Shown one piece after another: positions 51,263 to 63,037 of a stretch of DNA of 64,000 nt. The DNA is taken from assembly GCA_024137785.1 (NCBI GenBank), contig JAHRHZ010000059.1:4840624-4904623 (forward strand), given 5' to 3'. The notes beneath the pieces were generated by a model, which saw only the letters and a program-made list of their open reading frames with translations, was not told where the DNA came from and searched no databases. The position numbers were made by a program, and so were the translations under genes. This DNA is from Ginglymostoma cirratum (Eukaryota). Each line of letters starts with the position of its first letter. Position 1 is the stretch's first letter.

Positions 51263-52735
51263 GAGACAGTAAGGACTGCAAATGCTGCATGCAAGAGTCA
51301 ATAAACACTGAGCTGGAAAAGCTCAACAAGTCAGACAGCAACCAACAATATTCAGGCCTTTGGGCTGTAAGCTCCCAGGGCGAAATATCAGATGTTGTTC
51401 CTCCAGTTTGGCCTCACTGACAGTGGAGGAGGCCAAGGATGGACATGTTACCAGGGGAGTGGGAGGAGGAGGAGTTAAAGTGGATGGCAATTGGAAGGTA
51501 GGGTTGGTTGGAGCTTGCAGAGTGCAGATGTTCCACAAACCAGTCCCTGAGTCTGCATTTGGTCTCCCTGATGTAGAAGGGACCACATCGGGAGCAACAG
51601 ATACAGTAGATGAGGTTAGATGAAGTGCAGGTAATCTCTGCCGATTTGGAAGGATTGTTTAGGGCCCTGGAGGAATGTGAGATGGGAGGTGTAGGGGCAG
51701 GTGTAGCACCTCCTGCTGTTAGAGAGAAAGGTACCTGGTGTAGTGGAGGGGGTTGATGGGGAGTGTGGAGCTAACGAAGAACATCGTTGAGTGAATGGTC
51801 CCTGCAAAAAAAAAAAAACCAAAAACATGGGTGGGGAGGGAAATATCTTTTTGGTGGTGGGGTCCAATTGTAGGTGGCAGAAATGTCAGAGGATGATGCA
51901 TTGTATTTGGAGGTTGGTGGGGGTGGAATGAGAGAACTCTATCCTTATTGTTGTGGGTAGGGTGGGGCAGGGCAGGGAAAGGAGATGCCGTGGAGAGCAT
52001 CCTTAACAGGAGAGGAAGCAATGTTCCCTAAAGTAGGAGGATATCTGGGAAGTCCTTGATTAGAACACCTTATCCTGGGAGCAGATGCAACAGAGGAATT
52101 GAGTGTATGGGATAGCATTTTTGAAGGAGGATAGGTGAGAGGTGTAGTCGAGGTAATTGTGGGAGTCAGCAGGTTTGAAATGGATGGTGGTACTAAGTCA
52201 GCTGCCTGAGATGGAGACAGAGGTCCAAGAAGGGGAGGGAGGTGTCAGAAATGGTCCAGGTGAATTTGAGGGCATGGTGGAAGGTGTTGGCAAAGTTGAT
52301 GAACAGTTTGAGCTCCTCGCGGGAGCACAAGGCAGCACCAATACAGTCACCAATATTGCAGAAAGAGTTGAGGATGGTGCAGTGTAGTTGTTAAACAGGG
52401 ACTGTGGCAGGCACAGCTTGGGCCCCTGTGGGTGCCCGTGGCCACCCCTTTTGTTTGCAGGAAGTGGGAGGAATCAAAGGAAAAATTGTTGAGGGTGAGA
52501 ACCAGTTCCACCAAGCAAATGAGTGTGTCGGTGGAGGGGGACTGATCAGGCCTATGGGAGAGGAAGAAGCAGAGGGCTTTTAGGCCATTGTCATGTGAAT
52601 ACACGCATACAGGGACTGAACGTCCATGGTGAAGATGAGATATTGGGGGCTAGGGAATTGAAAGCTTTGGAAAAAGGTGGAGGGAGTGGGTTGTGTCCTG
52701 AATGTAGATGGAGAGTTCCTGGACCAAAGGGGAAG
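51263..52735 (-). mobile_element. Penelope-like element, older copy with an internal deletion
   Basis: IFTMDVQSLY, LVELVLTLNNFSFDSSHFLQTKGVATGT..GPS, RRCYTCPY and KLEEQHLIFR.GSLQPKGLNI. Colinear with 6758-8630. Confidence 0.9.
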
Positions 52736-53619
52736 GGGCGTTTTATGGGAAAGATCTGTTCTACGTCTGTTGGATGGTTTTTGTTCAAATTGTAAAATCA
52801 ATTTAAACACTTTCTATAAGGTTTTAAAAAGGGGATTACCCTCCATGTTCTATCTTAGGAGAAGGAAGGATGATTTGGACATTAAGATATTACAATTGAC
52901 TGTTTTTGTGAAAGTTAATGTGCATGAAACATGTCGGAAATACTGGCAATAACTTGATATTAGGGGATCACCACTTTCTGTTTAGAACTGTTAGGAGAAA
53001 TAGACTTAGTGCATTATATTCATTTCCATGGGCAATTGGGTTATGCCCCCTCAAGCCATTTAATTTTGTGTCAATAACAGTAGAGTTCAGGAGTATCAAA
53101 TACTTTGGAATTCAGAGCCTGAATATAAAAGCAGTGTTCAGCATTTTCCCCATTAACTGTATGCTCACCAAGAAGTGAAGTTTGACTGGGTAATAACAGG
53201 TGAAAGGTTATTTCATCTATTCATTTGGTTTATGCTGACCTTAAATCCATTCCAACAAGGTGCCATATTATTCAGAGATAAAGAATGAATGTTGGGAAAT
53301 GACATAACCCTCATAAAACCCACAGTACTGTAATAAACAAGTTATTTTTATTCTTGTATGGGATGTGGGCGTCACTGGAAAGACCAATATTTGTTGCTAA
53401 TTGCTACTGAGAAGGTGGCAGTGAGTAGCAAGACTTTAAAATTTCACATAGATTTAATCCATTTGCTGAATAATTATCCCTATTCAATTCTACAGCTAAT
53501 TTCACTAACTGTAAGAAACACACAGGGTCAAAGAGAGATATGAAACAATGTAAATCCTTTGAGTTTCACAGGATTCTAAATCGGTACATCACATCATTCA
53601 TTTATACCTCTTCCACTAT

Positions 53620-53992
53620 TCAGTCTTAGCTCAGGATTTTTGTTTCTAGAAGGTTTAGTTCAGAATCTTGAACACAAAACCTACACTGACACCCAGTACT
53701 GAGGGGAATGATGTGCTGAGGAGTCAAGTTGCAAATGATGCACTAAACTATCTTGCCCTCCTCAGGTGAGCAAGAGCTTTAAAGCACTGCAAAATGCAGA
53801 GGAGTTCTCTTACCATTCTGGCATAGATTGATCCCTCAGCAACTCACAAAAACAATTAAAAATGTATTCAGTTGATAACGGTGACCTTGCTGCGTGCTAA
53901 GTGTTTCCTACTTCAGGAAAGTCTGAGACTAGCACATTGAATAAAAGCGATAGCCAGAGATAGTGAAAAGCAGTACATAAATACAAGTTCTC
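53620..53992 (+). mobile_element. Deu-domain SINE, decayed
   Basis: CTACACTGACACCCAGTACTGAGGG..GCCCTCCTCAGGTG..GCAGAGGAGTTCTC..ATCCCTCA, with the tail TACATAAATACAAGTTC. Confidence 0.55.
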
Positions 53993-54489
53993 TGGGATCT
54001 GGATCAGAAGGTCCAGATTCAGGTCCATTCCATTCCTAGAAGGGTATCATATTTTAAAAGAGCTTACTCAGACATTATATCTATAAATGAAAGTTCTTTC
54101 TATGCCACTGTTTTGCTGTTTACAAGCTATTTTTACAAAAGCAAGCTACAATCTGAATGGCACACAAGTTTAGATACCTTAAATGACACCACTTTCAATT
54201 TACTCACTTCCCTAGACAATTAGCTGCTCTAAAACAACAATAGGAGGGCATAAAAATTGGCACAGGATAAGCCATCCAGTGATTATTTGCTCTTTCATTA
54301 AAGAAAATTAGTAACCTGCAATTAAGTGGGCCAGAAGTTCTCATTCAAGTCCCATCTGCCCAGAAGTGTATCATAAATTGACCGAAACAAAAAAAAAGTG
54401 GCTTAGCCTTTGCTTAGCTTAGTTAGCATAATTCAAAAAAGAAAAATCCTGTCAAAGTCAGAGCATCATGCCTGATTAAGGCTTACACT

Positions 54490-54785
54490 CATCACCTAAA
54501 GGGAGGCAGCACTGTATGTATGAATATCGTGCCAGTTGGCCAAGATGTTAAACGAAAGCTCTGCCCACCTAAATGGAAATTAAAGAAAGAGGAATTTTCC
54601 TGGCCAACATGTTCTCCTTCTCAAGTGGTAACTACCAAGATCAGATGAGCTGGTTATTCATCTCATTCTCAGATGATCTTATTGTGCACAAACTGGTTGT
54701 ATATTTACCTCAACAAATAAAGCTACTTGTGCAAGACACTTGGCACACTTGCGGCTGAGGCGCTATTAAAATACAGGTTCTCTCT
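54490..54785 (+). mobile_element. Deu-domain SINE, decayed
   Basis: AGATGTTAAACGAAAGCTCTGCC..CCTGGCCAACAT..GTGCACAAACTGGTTG, with the tail GGCGCTATTAAAATACAGGTTC. Confidence 0.5.
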
Positions 54786-55556
54786 GCTTTATAGTTGAAA
54801 CTTTGGGGGCATATTACAAGAATTTCAAAATAAACATGATCAAGATTAACATGCTAAGCATCAACCCTCATCTACCTTCTCCACTGCAGAGGATCAAAAC
54901 TTGGCTGAGTGGGACATCACATGGCATGAACCATTAGTTAACCCTTTAGCTAAATAACTTGCTGGTGACATCACAGCAAGGGCAACAGGACACCTAGGGT
55001 TTTCATGAACAATAGGACAAAAAAGTTTATTCCCAGAAAAGATACTAGTTTCAAGGACCAAACAGAGAGAAAAAAAAAACGACAGGATAAATTACAGTCC
55101 AACCAGAAAGAGAACTGGAGGAAAAAAAAGCAGAGATTTGATTGAACAAAAAAGGAAAATAAGGCTCAGATGTAAATCAAGAGAAAAAAAAATTAATAAT
55201 ATGAAACTTTGAAGCTTTAAGAATTTACCATTTGGGGGCATGAAGCTAAACAGCGTAGCTTTAAAGGAAGAGTTAATGGCATTGTATTACTAATTATTAC
55301 AATATTTAAAAAAATTTATTTTTAAGGAGTTACAATATGTGCTTCTTCACATGACCTTGTTTGTCAGTTTGCATATCATAACTTTCACCATGAACTGATT
55401 TTTCCAGCTGGATTTGAACTTCTGTATCATTACAAGATTTGACCTAAAGCTACAGCTGATGAGACAACTATTTCCAAACTTCATACAGAGCCTCAACAAT
55501 TCTACCATATCAAGTTATTAATAACTAATATTAAAATGTAATCACACATCAAAAAA

Positions 55557-56370
55557 GGGAAAATACTGGGGATGCTGGAAATCTGAAATTAAATAGTGCT
55601 AGAAAATTCAGCAGGTTTGACAGCATCTGTGGGGAGAAAAACAGAAGACATTGAGTCTGATATGACTCTTCAGAAATTGAGAGGGGCTAGAAAATTATTT
55701 TTTTTTGTTAACAGCATAAAAACAAGGAGCAAATGGAGAGGATGACCTGGGTAAGAGACAAAAAGAGAATGCCAATGGTAGTAAAGAAGCAATTTAGGAC
55801 AAAATAGGCATAAATGCTAAGTGGAAATAGCAGAAGCTAGGTCGGTTTTGACAAGAGCAAACCCATACAAACAAGCCATGGGGCAGTTTGAGGTGGGAGA
55901 GGCAATCTAGTCTTGTTTTATTTACTGCTCACAATGTGGTCTCTCTACATGGAGACCAAATGCAGACTGAGTGACTACTTTGCTGAACACTTCTGCTCTG
56001 TCCACAAGAATCACCCCGATTTTTCAGCTGCTTGCCATTTCGATACACTACATTGCTCTCATTGCAGTCCTTGGCCTGCTGCAGTGCTCCAGTGAAGCCC
56101 AGCACAAGGTTAGGGAAGAGAGACGGCGGGCGGGAGGGGTCTAGGCCCGAAATGTCAGCTTTCCTGCTCCTCCGATGCTGCTTGGCCTGCTGTGTTCATC
56201 CAGCTCAACAACGTTTTATCTCAGATTCTCCAGCATCGGCAGTTCCTACTATCTCTGTAACTATTTTCCTGTTGCCTTCAGTTCCAAAGAAGAGATATCA
56301 GACTTTGCTAACTTTCTCTTTCTATAGATGGTGGCAGGCTTAATAGGTTTCTCCAGCACTTTCAGTTTTA
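55557..56370. mobile_element. Old inverted-end PLE structure with a GIY-YIG remnant and a nested younger PLE end (about 56135-56261)
   Basis: Left arm 55557-55675(-). GIY-YIG remnant ETKCRLSDYFAEH at 55905-56100(+). The young end GGGTCTAGGCCCGAAATGTCAGC..ACTATCTCTGTAAC matches the 6758 terminus. The right arm is about 56278-56370. Confidence 0.7.
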
Positions 56371-56399
56371 AAATCTTAAGTGTGTCATGGAAAGCCCCT

Positions 56400-57450
56400 A
56401 TATTTGCAAAGCACGACGAAAACTCGAAACTTAAAAAAAGTGACTACGTCTCGATTCTCAGTTTTGTTTCTTAGAATTGAAATAAAATTGTTCCAGGTGT
56501 CTAAGTTGGTAAATTATGTAATCATTGATATTAAACTATATTATAGCCTGGCTATTTTAAACAGCAAATATACATATAGTTACGTGGCTAATGGAAGAGG
56601 CCTCTTGAAGTGGAAAAACATATTTGGGAAAGCAACTTCCCAGTTGCCGTGGTAACGTGCACACCCCTCGGAAGAAAATAAAATTACAAATATGAACTGG
56701 TTGTCTCAATTTCAAACGCTGCTTTTCAGGCTTCTGATACTATTACTAGAATGGATCGATAGCAGCATTTCCGAAATCTTTTGCCATGGCCGTAACTATG
56801 GCAACAGAAAAGGGGCGTGTAAAGGATACAAAGCAGCAACCAGCAGAGCTGAATTAGTTCATCAGACACGTTTTACCGACTAACAGTAGCCCTTTCCTAT
56901 GCTGGCGAAGATCAGTGATGTGTCTACATTCAGCTGGTGATATTTAGTTGAATGTTGCTATCGAAGTCCAGAGGAATCCAGGTAAATAACTGAGCTTTTG
57001 CTCTTATGTATAGACTAATTCAACTAGCTGCCTGTTTTTGACATCCTTTTCATGCTTTTCGAACATTCAAGCGAGAGAAAACGCGCCGTGTAATTAAACG
57101 AATCTGAACTGTCTCACATACCTTCAAACAAACGGTCTTTGGCACGTGTAGCTCAGTAGCAGAGAGGAAATAAACTATCACGTTTCAGTAAGCAGTAAAC
57201 TCATCTGGAGCTTATAGGGAGGTGAGCTCCACCCACGGGCTGGGCTTGGAGAAGAAATGTGTTCTCAGCTGACGTCTCTCCCCATGCTATGTCACTTCCT
57301 TTTAAAGCTGTGACTTAGCCTAGCGTGGAAAAGGTACTTCTATGATTCATTCTTCGCCCCTCCCTCTCTTGGAGGGTGGCCCATTTTTTACACCGTAGAC
57401 CCCGTAAACAGAGCAGCTTTGTGGAGTCAGCTTCACGAGTGTTGAAATAG
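56400..57450 (-). promoter_or_regulatory. Second CpG-retaining zone, candidate distal promoter, first exon or enhancer
   Basis: Elevated CpG and no recognisable repeat. E-box CACGTG at 57143, TGACGT at 57270, ETS-like ACTTCCT near 57294 and a minus-strand donor TTTGAAG|GTATGT at 57121. Confidence 0.35.
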
Positions 57451-58149
57451 CAGCTGGCCTGGCTGATATCATCATTTCCCCTGACCTATCCCTATTCCAT
57501 AGAGAAGCATGTTGTAAGTTACCCTGACTCTGTGACTTGTAGATGCTTGTGTTGAAATCAACTGAGCATATTGAATGTTTGGGGGACAAAGCCCACACTA
57601 ACACTTATTAATCAAGGAGCTATCAAGGCAGCAACAGCTGGAAATGGAAGTTTGCATGAGTCAGTTACTCAATACTATCACAACACAACAATTTCAAGGA
57701 TCCTTTCTCCCTCTTAAGTGCAAGGTAAGCCCACTTCCACTGCTAGGGTGGGTGAGGGCTGGTATGCCTTCCTTCACCTGCTTGTTGTAGTCCAGAGTTA
57801 AGAAAATGCCTAGCCGATGAGTCACCTCCCCACTGGCTACAGCCGTATTTGGGTTGTCTGATCATGCTGTAATGCACAAATCCATTTTTTTCAGCAGATT
57901 TATCTGTTCTGTCTATTTTTGCTTTGTGCATTCAAGAGTGGTATGTTAAACTACACAGCAGACACTTGGACAGATATGTCATTCTGAAGGATTTATAATC
58001 ATTTTCAGATTATAGGAATGTTAAAAAGATAACATCTAACCCTCAATCCTCTTCCCCTTCTCTGATATTTGAATTCCTTTTGGAGAGAATGTGAAGCATG
58101 TAAAATATGCATCTTGTACTTTTCCAAAAAATTTTGAAACACATTAGTT

Positions 58150-58449
58150 TAGAATCCCTACAGAGTAGAAGTAGGCCATTTGGCCCATGAAGTCCACACC
58201 AACCCTCTGAAGAGCATCCCATCCAGACTGAACCTCCTACTTTATCCCTGTAACCCCCACCTAGCCTGCACATCCCTGGACACTATGGACAATTTAGCAT
58301 GGCTAACCTGCACGTTTTTGGACTGTGGAACCAAACTAAAGTACCTGGAGGGTACCGACACAGACACAGGGAGAATGTGCAAACTCCACATAGTCACCCA
58401 AAGTGGAATCAAACCCAGGACCCTGGCGCTGTGAGGTAGCAGTGCTACC
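58150..58449 (-). mobile_element. HE1-type SINE
   Basis: Reverse complement of the 21090 family: TAGAATCCCTACAG..GGCCATTTGGCCCA..GGGAGAATGTGCAAACTCCACA..GGAATCAAACCCAGGACCCTGGCGCTGTGAGGTAGCAGTGCTA. Confidence 0.88.
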
Positions 58450-58744
58450 TGTTTTGGGCTAGTGTAATTTCTTTTTTAGTATAATTGTAGAAATTTCAGA
58501 GATCAGAGTAACACCATTCAGTGAATATTCAACATCATTGATGGCATGTGAAAGTTTCCAGAGAAAACATAAACACTATGTAAAGTTAAAGCCTGAAAAG
58601 ACTTATAACGAGTTTAAAATGCTCTATGTCAGTGCACAAAGCAAAAACAGAAGAGAAACCTGTTGAAGTAATAGATTTGTGCAATACAGCATGATCAGAT
58701 AACTTGTGGATGGTCAGATAGTCACCACACAATGTAATTGTTAA

Positions 58745-59107
58745 CGGTAGCTCAGTGGTTATATTCTTGCCTCTGAATTGGAAGGTTGGGTTTCACGCCC
58801 CATGCAAAATTTGAGAAATATCAGTGCAACACTGAAGGCGTACACCTTTAGTTTGCAGTGTTAAACTAAGGCTCTATTTTTCTCTCGCGGATGTAAAAGA
58901 TCCCATGTGCTATTTTAAAGAGCAGGAGAGTTTTCACTTGTGTAATGAATAATATTTATCAACCAGTATCACTTGGTGGTACCTTGCCCTGCATTATTTG
59001 ATTGCTGCACTTTGTACAACAGTGACTATATTCAAAAATACTAATTAACTGCAAGTCAGTTTCAGACGTTCCAATGTCATGAAGAGAACATATAACTAAG
59101 TCTTTCT
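58745..59107 (+). mobile_element. Deu-domain SINE
   Basis: GTAGCTCAGTGGT head and GTTAAACTAAGGC..GGATGTAAAAGATCCCATGTGCTATTTTAAAGAGCAGGAGAGTT Deu-like core. Confidence 0.7.
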
Positions 59108-60669
59108 TGGTTTTAGCCCTAAAACTGTACGGATCACATAATCCTAGATTTGATGTTTTATTAGGTGTTGAGTTTGCTGATTTCAATATCTGCCACCATG
59201 ATACCTCTTTGTTAAAGTAAAAAGAATGGAAAATTGCCTAAGTCAGGAACGTTTTATTTTACTAAGTATAGCAGAGAAGCGTTTAAGTACTCTAACGAGA
59301 ATTTTTATACTAGTATTTACACCGTTCTTGCGAGTGCAGTGCAGGGTTTTTTCTAGTATGAATCCAAACGTCTACAAGTCAGCCAGGCAACCGATTTTCC
59401 TGCTTGTGCTAACAAGTCTCACTGGTATATGTAACCAGTGAGTTAGGAGTACTGCAACTCACCAGTTTTGAAAGAGTAGGGATCAAATGGCTCCAACAAA
59501 AAACAGCTGACAGAAACTGGCCTAGAAATGAGTAGTAGATGATTTTTGGGATACAGTGGGTCTTCAAACAGGCCAAAGTTTATTTTTTGTGGCTGGTAGG
59601 AACACTGAAATTTCCTGGTCCACACTCAGGCATTGAATGTTTCCCTGGCCTTTTATTGAGCGGCTTCCTTTTAAAAATCTGAGGCCACTCAATTGCGGAT
59701 AGAACTGGGTGCAACATGCATTATTTGAGGCTGCACAACCATTTAAAGGCAAGCCTAAAAGCTGTTTTTGTTGGGCTTTTGCCTTCAAAAAATACACACA
59801 ATTTTCTAACTGCCATTTTAAAGGAGAGAATTATTTGATATTATGGCTAATCACTGGAAATTAAAATTAGGCAGTTTCTGTAAGAAAATCTAAAGACCCA
59901 CAATATTGATTTTACACTCCAGTTGAAAACTGTCCTTCATTGTTAGAGGTCACATAGGAGGAATGATTACTTTTTAAAGCTACAGGGTTCATTACTATCA
60001 GTAGAACGTTGTAGTCAATGATTCGTTGGTACTAATGGAGCAGGACCTCAGCATGAGTTAGCCTTATCTGTGTAATGTTTACTGGCTTGACAAGCCCCTC
60101 AAACTCACTGCCTATTTAGTCTTCTTTGGCTTGGCATCCATTGCCTCTTATGCATCTTTTGGGTACTATAGAAGCATAAGATGTTGTACTTCACTTATCA
60201 TTATAGAATTGCAAAAAATCAGATTGCCTGTCATTGATAACTACAATAATTTAAGGTTATAACAAAACTTGCCATTTCTGCCGTTGAAAGTTAAATGATG
60301 TTAAATATAAATCTTATTATTAAAAGAGATGGCCTCAACATTTCCATGTCCCTTGAGCCTTGTTTCTCAGTAGTCTTATAAACCACGCTGTATAATCATT
60401 TGATCTTCACATTTTCCCAAAAGCTGCAAATTTCTTCCTGCCTCTGCATGCTTCCTCTATGCATCACACTTATATAAAAGCATTGAACCTCACAACACAG
60501 AAGAAGTCCATCAAATCTTTGCCGGCTCTTTCAAAGAATGGTCTAGCAAATCTCAATGTCTGCTTTCTCCCTGTAGTCCTACAAATTTCTTTTTTTCAAA
60601 TTTATAACTAATTTTCTTTTGCAAACATTTGATTGCAGATCAGAATAACTGATTATGTAAAACAAAATT

Positions 60670-60771
60670 GTATCAGAGATAAAAGGTACTGCAGATGCTG
60701 TTCCGGAGGGAGGAGGGTAACTGCTCCTATGATGCTGCTTGACCTGCTGTGTTCATCCAGCCCCATGCTTG
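60670..60771. mobile_element. 102-bp PLE mini-insertion with an inverted terminus and a 17-bp TSD
   Basis: TTATGTAAAACAAAATT at 60653-60669 and 60772-60788. Confidence 0.88.
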
Positions 60772-60814
60772 TTATGTAAAACAAAATTCTTCATTTTCTG
60801 TCGCAATTCAAAGA

Positions 60815-61135
60815 CAGAACTTGAGTCTATAATCTAGACTGACAATCCACTTGCGTGGAAGTACTGCATTGTTAGAGGTACCAGCTTTCAGACGTGATGT
60901 TAAACTGAGGTTCCATTAATCCTCTCAGGTGGATTTCAAAAAACATGTCTGGCCAATACTTATTCCACAGTTAACATCGTAAGGAATTCAATTTCTGGTC
61001 ATGTATCTCATTGGTGTATCCTGCTGTATGTAAGCTGACATATACATTTCCAAATATTACCACAGTTACCACATTTCAAAAGTACTTAATTGTAATTGGG
61101 ATATCCCGAAGTTGTGAAAAGCTCAATATAAATAC
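60815..61135 (+). mobile_element. Deu-domain SINE
   Basis: CTTTCAGACGTGATGTTAAACTGAGGTTCC..CCTCTCAGGTGGAT..CTGGCCAATACTTATTCC, with the tail GTTGTGAAAAGCTCAATATAAATAC. Confidence 0.65.
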
Positions 61136-62834
61136 GTTGAATTGCTTTCATGTTACAGCACATCCTTTAACTCACTGTAAATAATGCACATGTGGGTCTT
61201 AATTGTCAGCCACTATTTGGCTGTGGAACCATCAGAGATAGGATCAGTTGTTAATTTTCTGCTTTTTAGTGCTAGGACAACGAATCCAATTGAAGTGCTC
61301 CAACTGCTTACTCAACTGAATTGAACTGGACTCAATATAGACCAATTATTAATATTGGGCTTTATAGGTACAGTGTTGGAGTCATTACTTCTGAGCCAGG
61401 TAGCTTAGTTTGGAATTCCACCTGAACCAAATTGTTTCATAACACATCTGAGCAGATTGATTAAAAATATTTAGTCCAGTTATTGAACTTGGCGCTCTCC
61501 TGGTCTGCAGAGCTTAATGCCTCACTGTACTATTGACAGGGCACAGGCTTGGATTTTGATGCATCAGAGATGGACGACAGGGGATGGAGGGAACCATGAA
61601 GTTACATACAACGGTTTTAGACTGTTGATCATGCTCTCCTGTGGTCTGAGAAGACCTCAGCAGCCATTCTCTGGCCTCCTGATATCTTTGAGGACCCAGC
61701 AGGCAGAGAAATCCTCCTGTCTCATTGTACAACTTAGGGTGCTGGTGTTACTGGCAGAGCAATTGAGCTTCTGCTGTCCACAGCAGAAGGACTTCAGAGA
61801 AATCCCCAGGTGTGGAAGGCACCCATCCTTCCTCTCTTGTAAGGTATACTTGTACATCCCTACTCACCTTAGAAGGATGAGGACCTGTTGGGCACTCAGG
61901 TGACTTGTCCTTTCTTGAATTGCTACTGCTCCTTTGAGTTCATGGACAAAATGGTGACATGTAGATCTGTGCGTGTACAGTTACTGAGCTGGATATCCAA
62001 TTGAGTTGCCATTCTCTGATGAAGGAAGTCATATCACTGATGAGAGGGGAATGGTATCATTCACGGTGTGTGGATGGATTCCTCCACTATCTGAGTCAGA
62101 ACATGGATACCCTGTAGACCTCCAGCATCTGTCATTGTGCAGACAACTCCACATCATCCCAGTGATACGACTGACTATAATGTATAATATCATCCAGTAT
62201 TACTATGGGGTTATCTTTTTAGCAAGATCTCCCTCTCGTCTAATGATTTCCTAAAAGTATTGACTCATCTTTGTACCTCCTAGAGCATTGAAAATGTTTG
62301 TGTCACACCAATGTAGTCATTGTTCTTTGTGAATTCCAAGTTTGAGCATCAGTTGCTGTTAACCGTGGTACAGTGATTGCACTCGCGCCTCAGGTGGCTC
62401 CAGTGACTTCAGAAAATATTCTAGACTAACAGCTCAGTGTAAGACTAGGGAGCATGCACTGTCAAAAATGCTGTCTTTCACAGGAGAAGTGAAGTAAATT
62501 TCTCCTTTTACACTTCCGGTTGAAAATTTCATTTGATTCAGTGGCTTGTGCCTGATGCACAGTAGATTGAAGATCTCATACTTTCTGCATAAAAATCATA
62601 TCTGTATCTTCCTCCATTTCTGTTTCTTCAGTTGAAGATATTGAGAATTGCACTCTCTAGCATAATTCAGGTACAAGAGTTAATGACAAAATCCCTGAGT
62701 GATATTCTAGTGCTGAAATGAGGGAGAGCTACAGTTTGGGTGATGCTATCAATGAATCTCAAACCAAGGCCCGCACAACTCTCTGAGGTGAACATAAAAC
62801 ACTAGGAAGCACTAGTGAGAGAACAGCACTAAAT

Positions 62835-63037
62835 GAAGAACTGTAAACCCTGGAGATCTGAAGCAAACTAAAACAGAAATTCTTGAAGAAATTAAGATTT
62901 GGTCTGGTAGCATCTGTGATCCAGTAATCCTTCTTCAAACTCCTGAAGGTGAATCACCGGGCTCAAAACATTAACTCTCTTTTCTCTCCAAAGACGCTGC
63001 TAGGCCTGCTGAGTTTTTCCAACAATTTCTGTTCTTT
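62835..63037. mobile_element. Decayed inverted-end PLE mini-element inside a Deu-SINE-like element
   Basis: The left arm AACAGAAATT.TTGAAGAAA..GGTCTGGTAGCATCTGTG faces the right arm CTGAAGG..TCACCGGGCTCAAAACATTAACTC..CCTGCTGAGTTTTTCCAACAATTTCTGTT. Confidence 0.65.

Noticed and set aside
61500-62250. Possible decayed Harbinger-type Myb/SANT gene on the minus strand, with similar GC-richer sequence at 32500-34200
   Set aside because: Only a vague resemblance, with no diagnostic motif, terminal inverted repeat or TSD that I can support.
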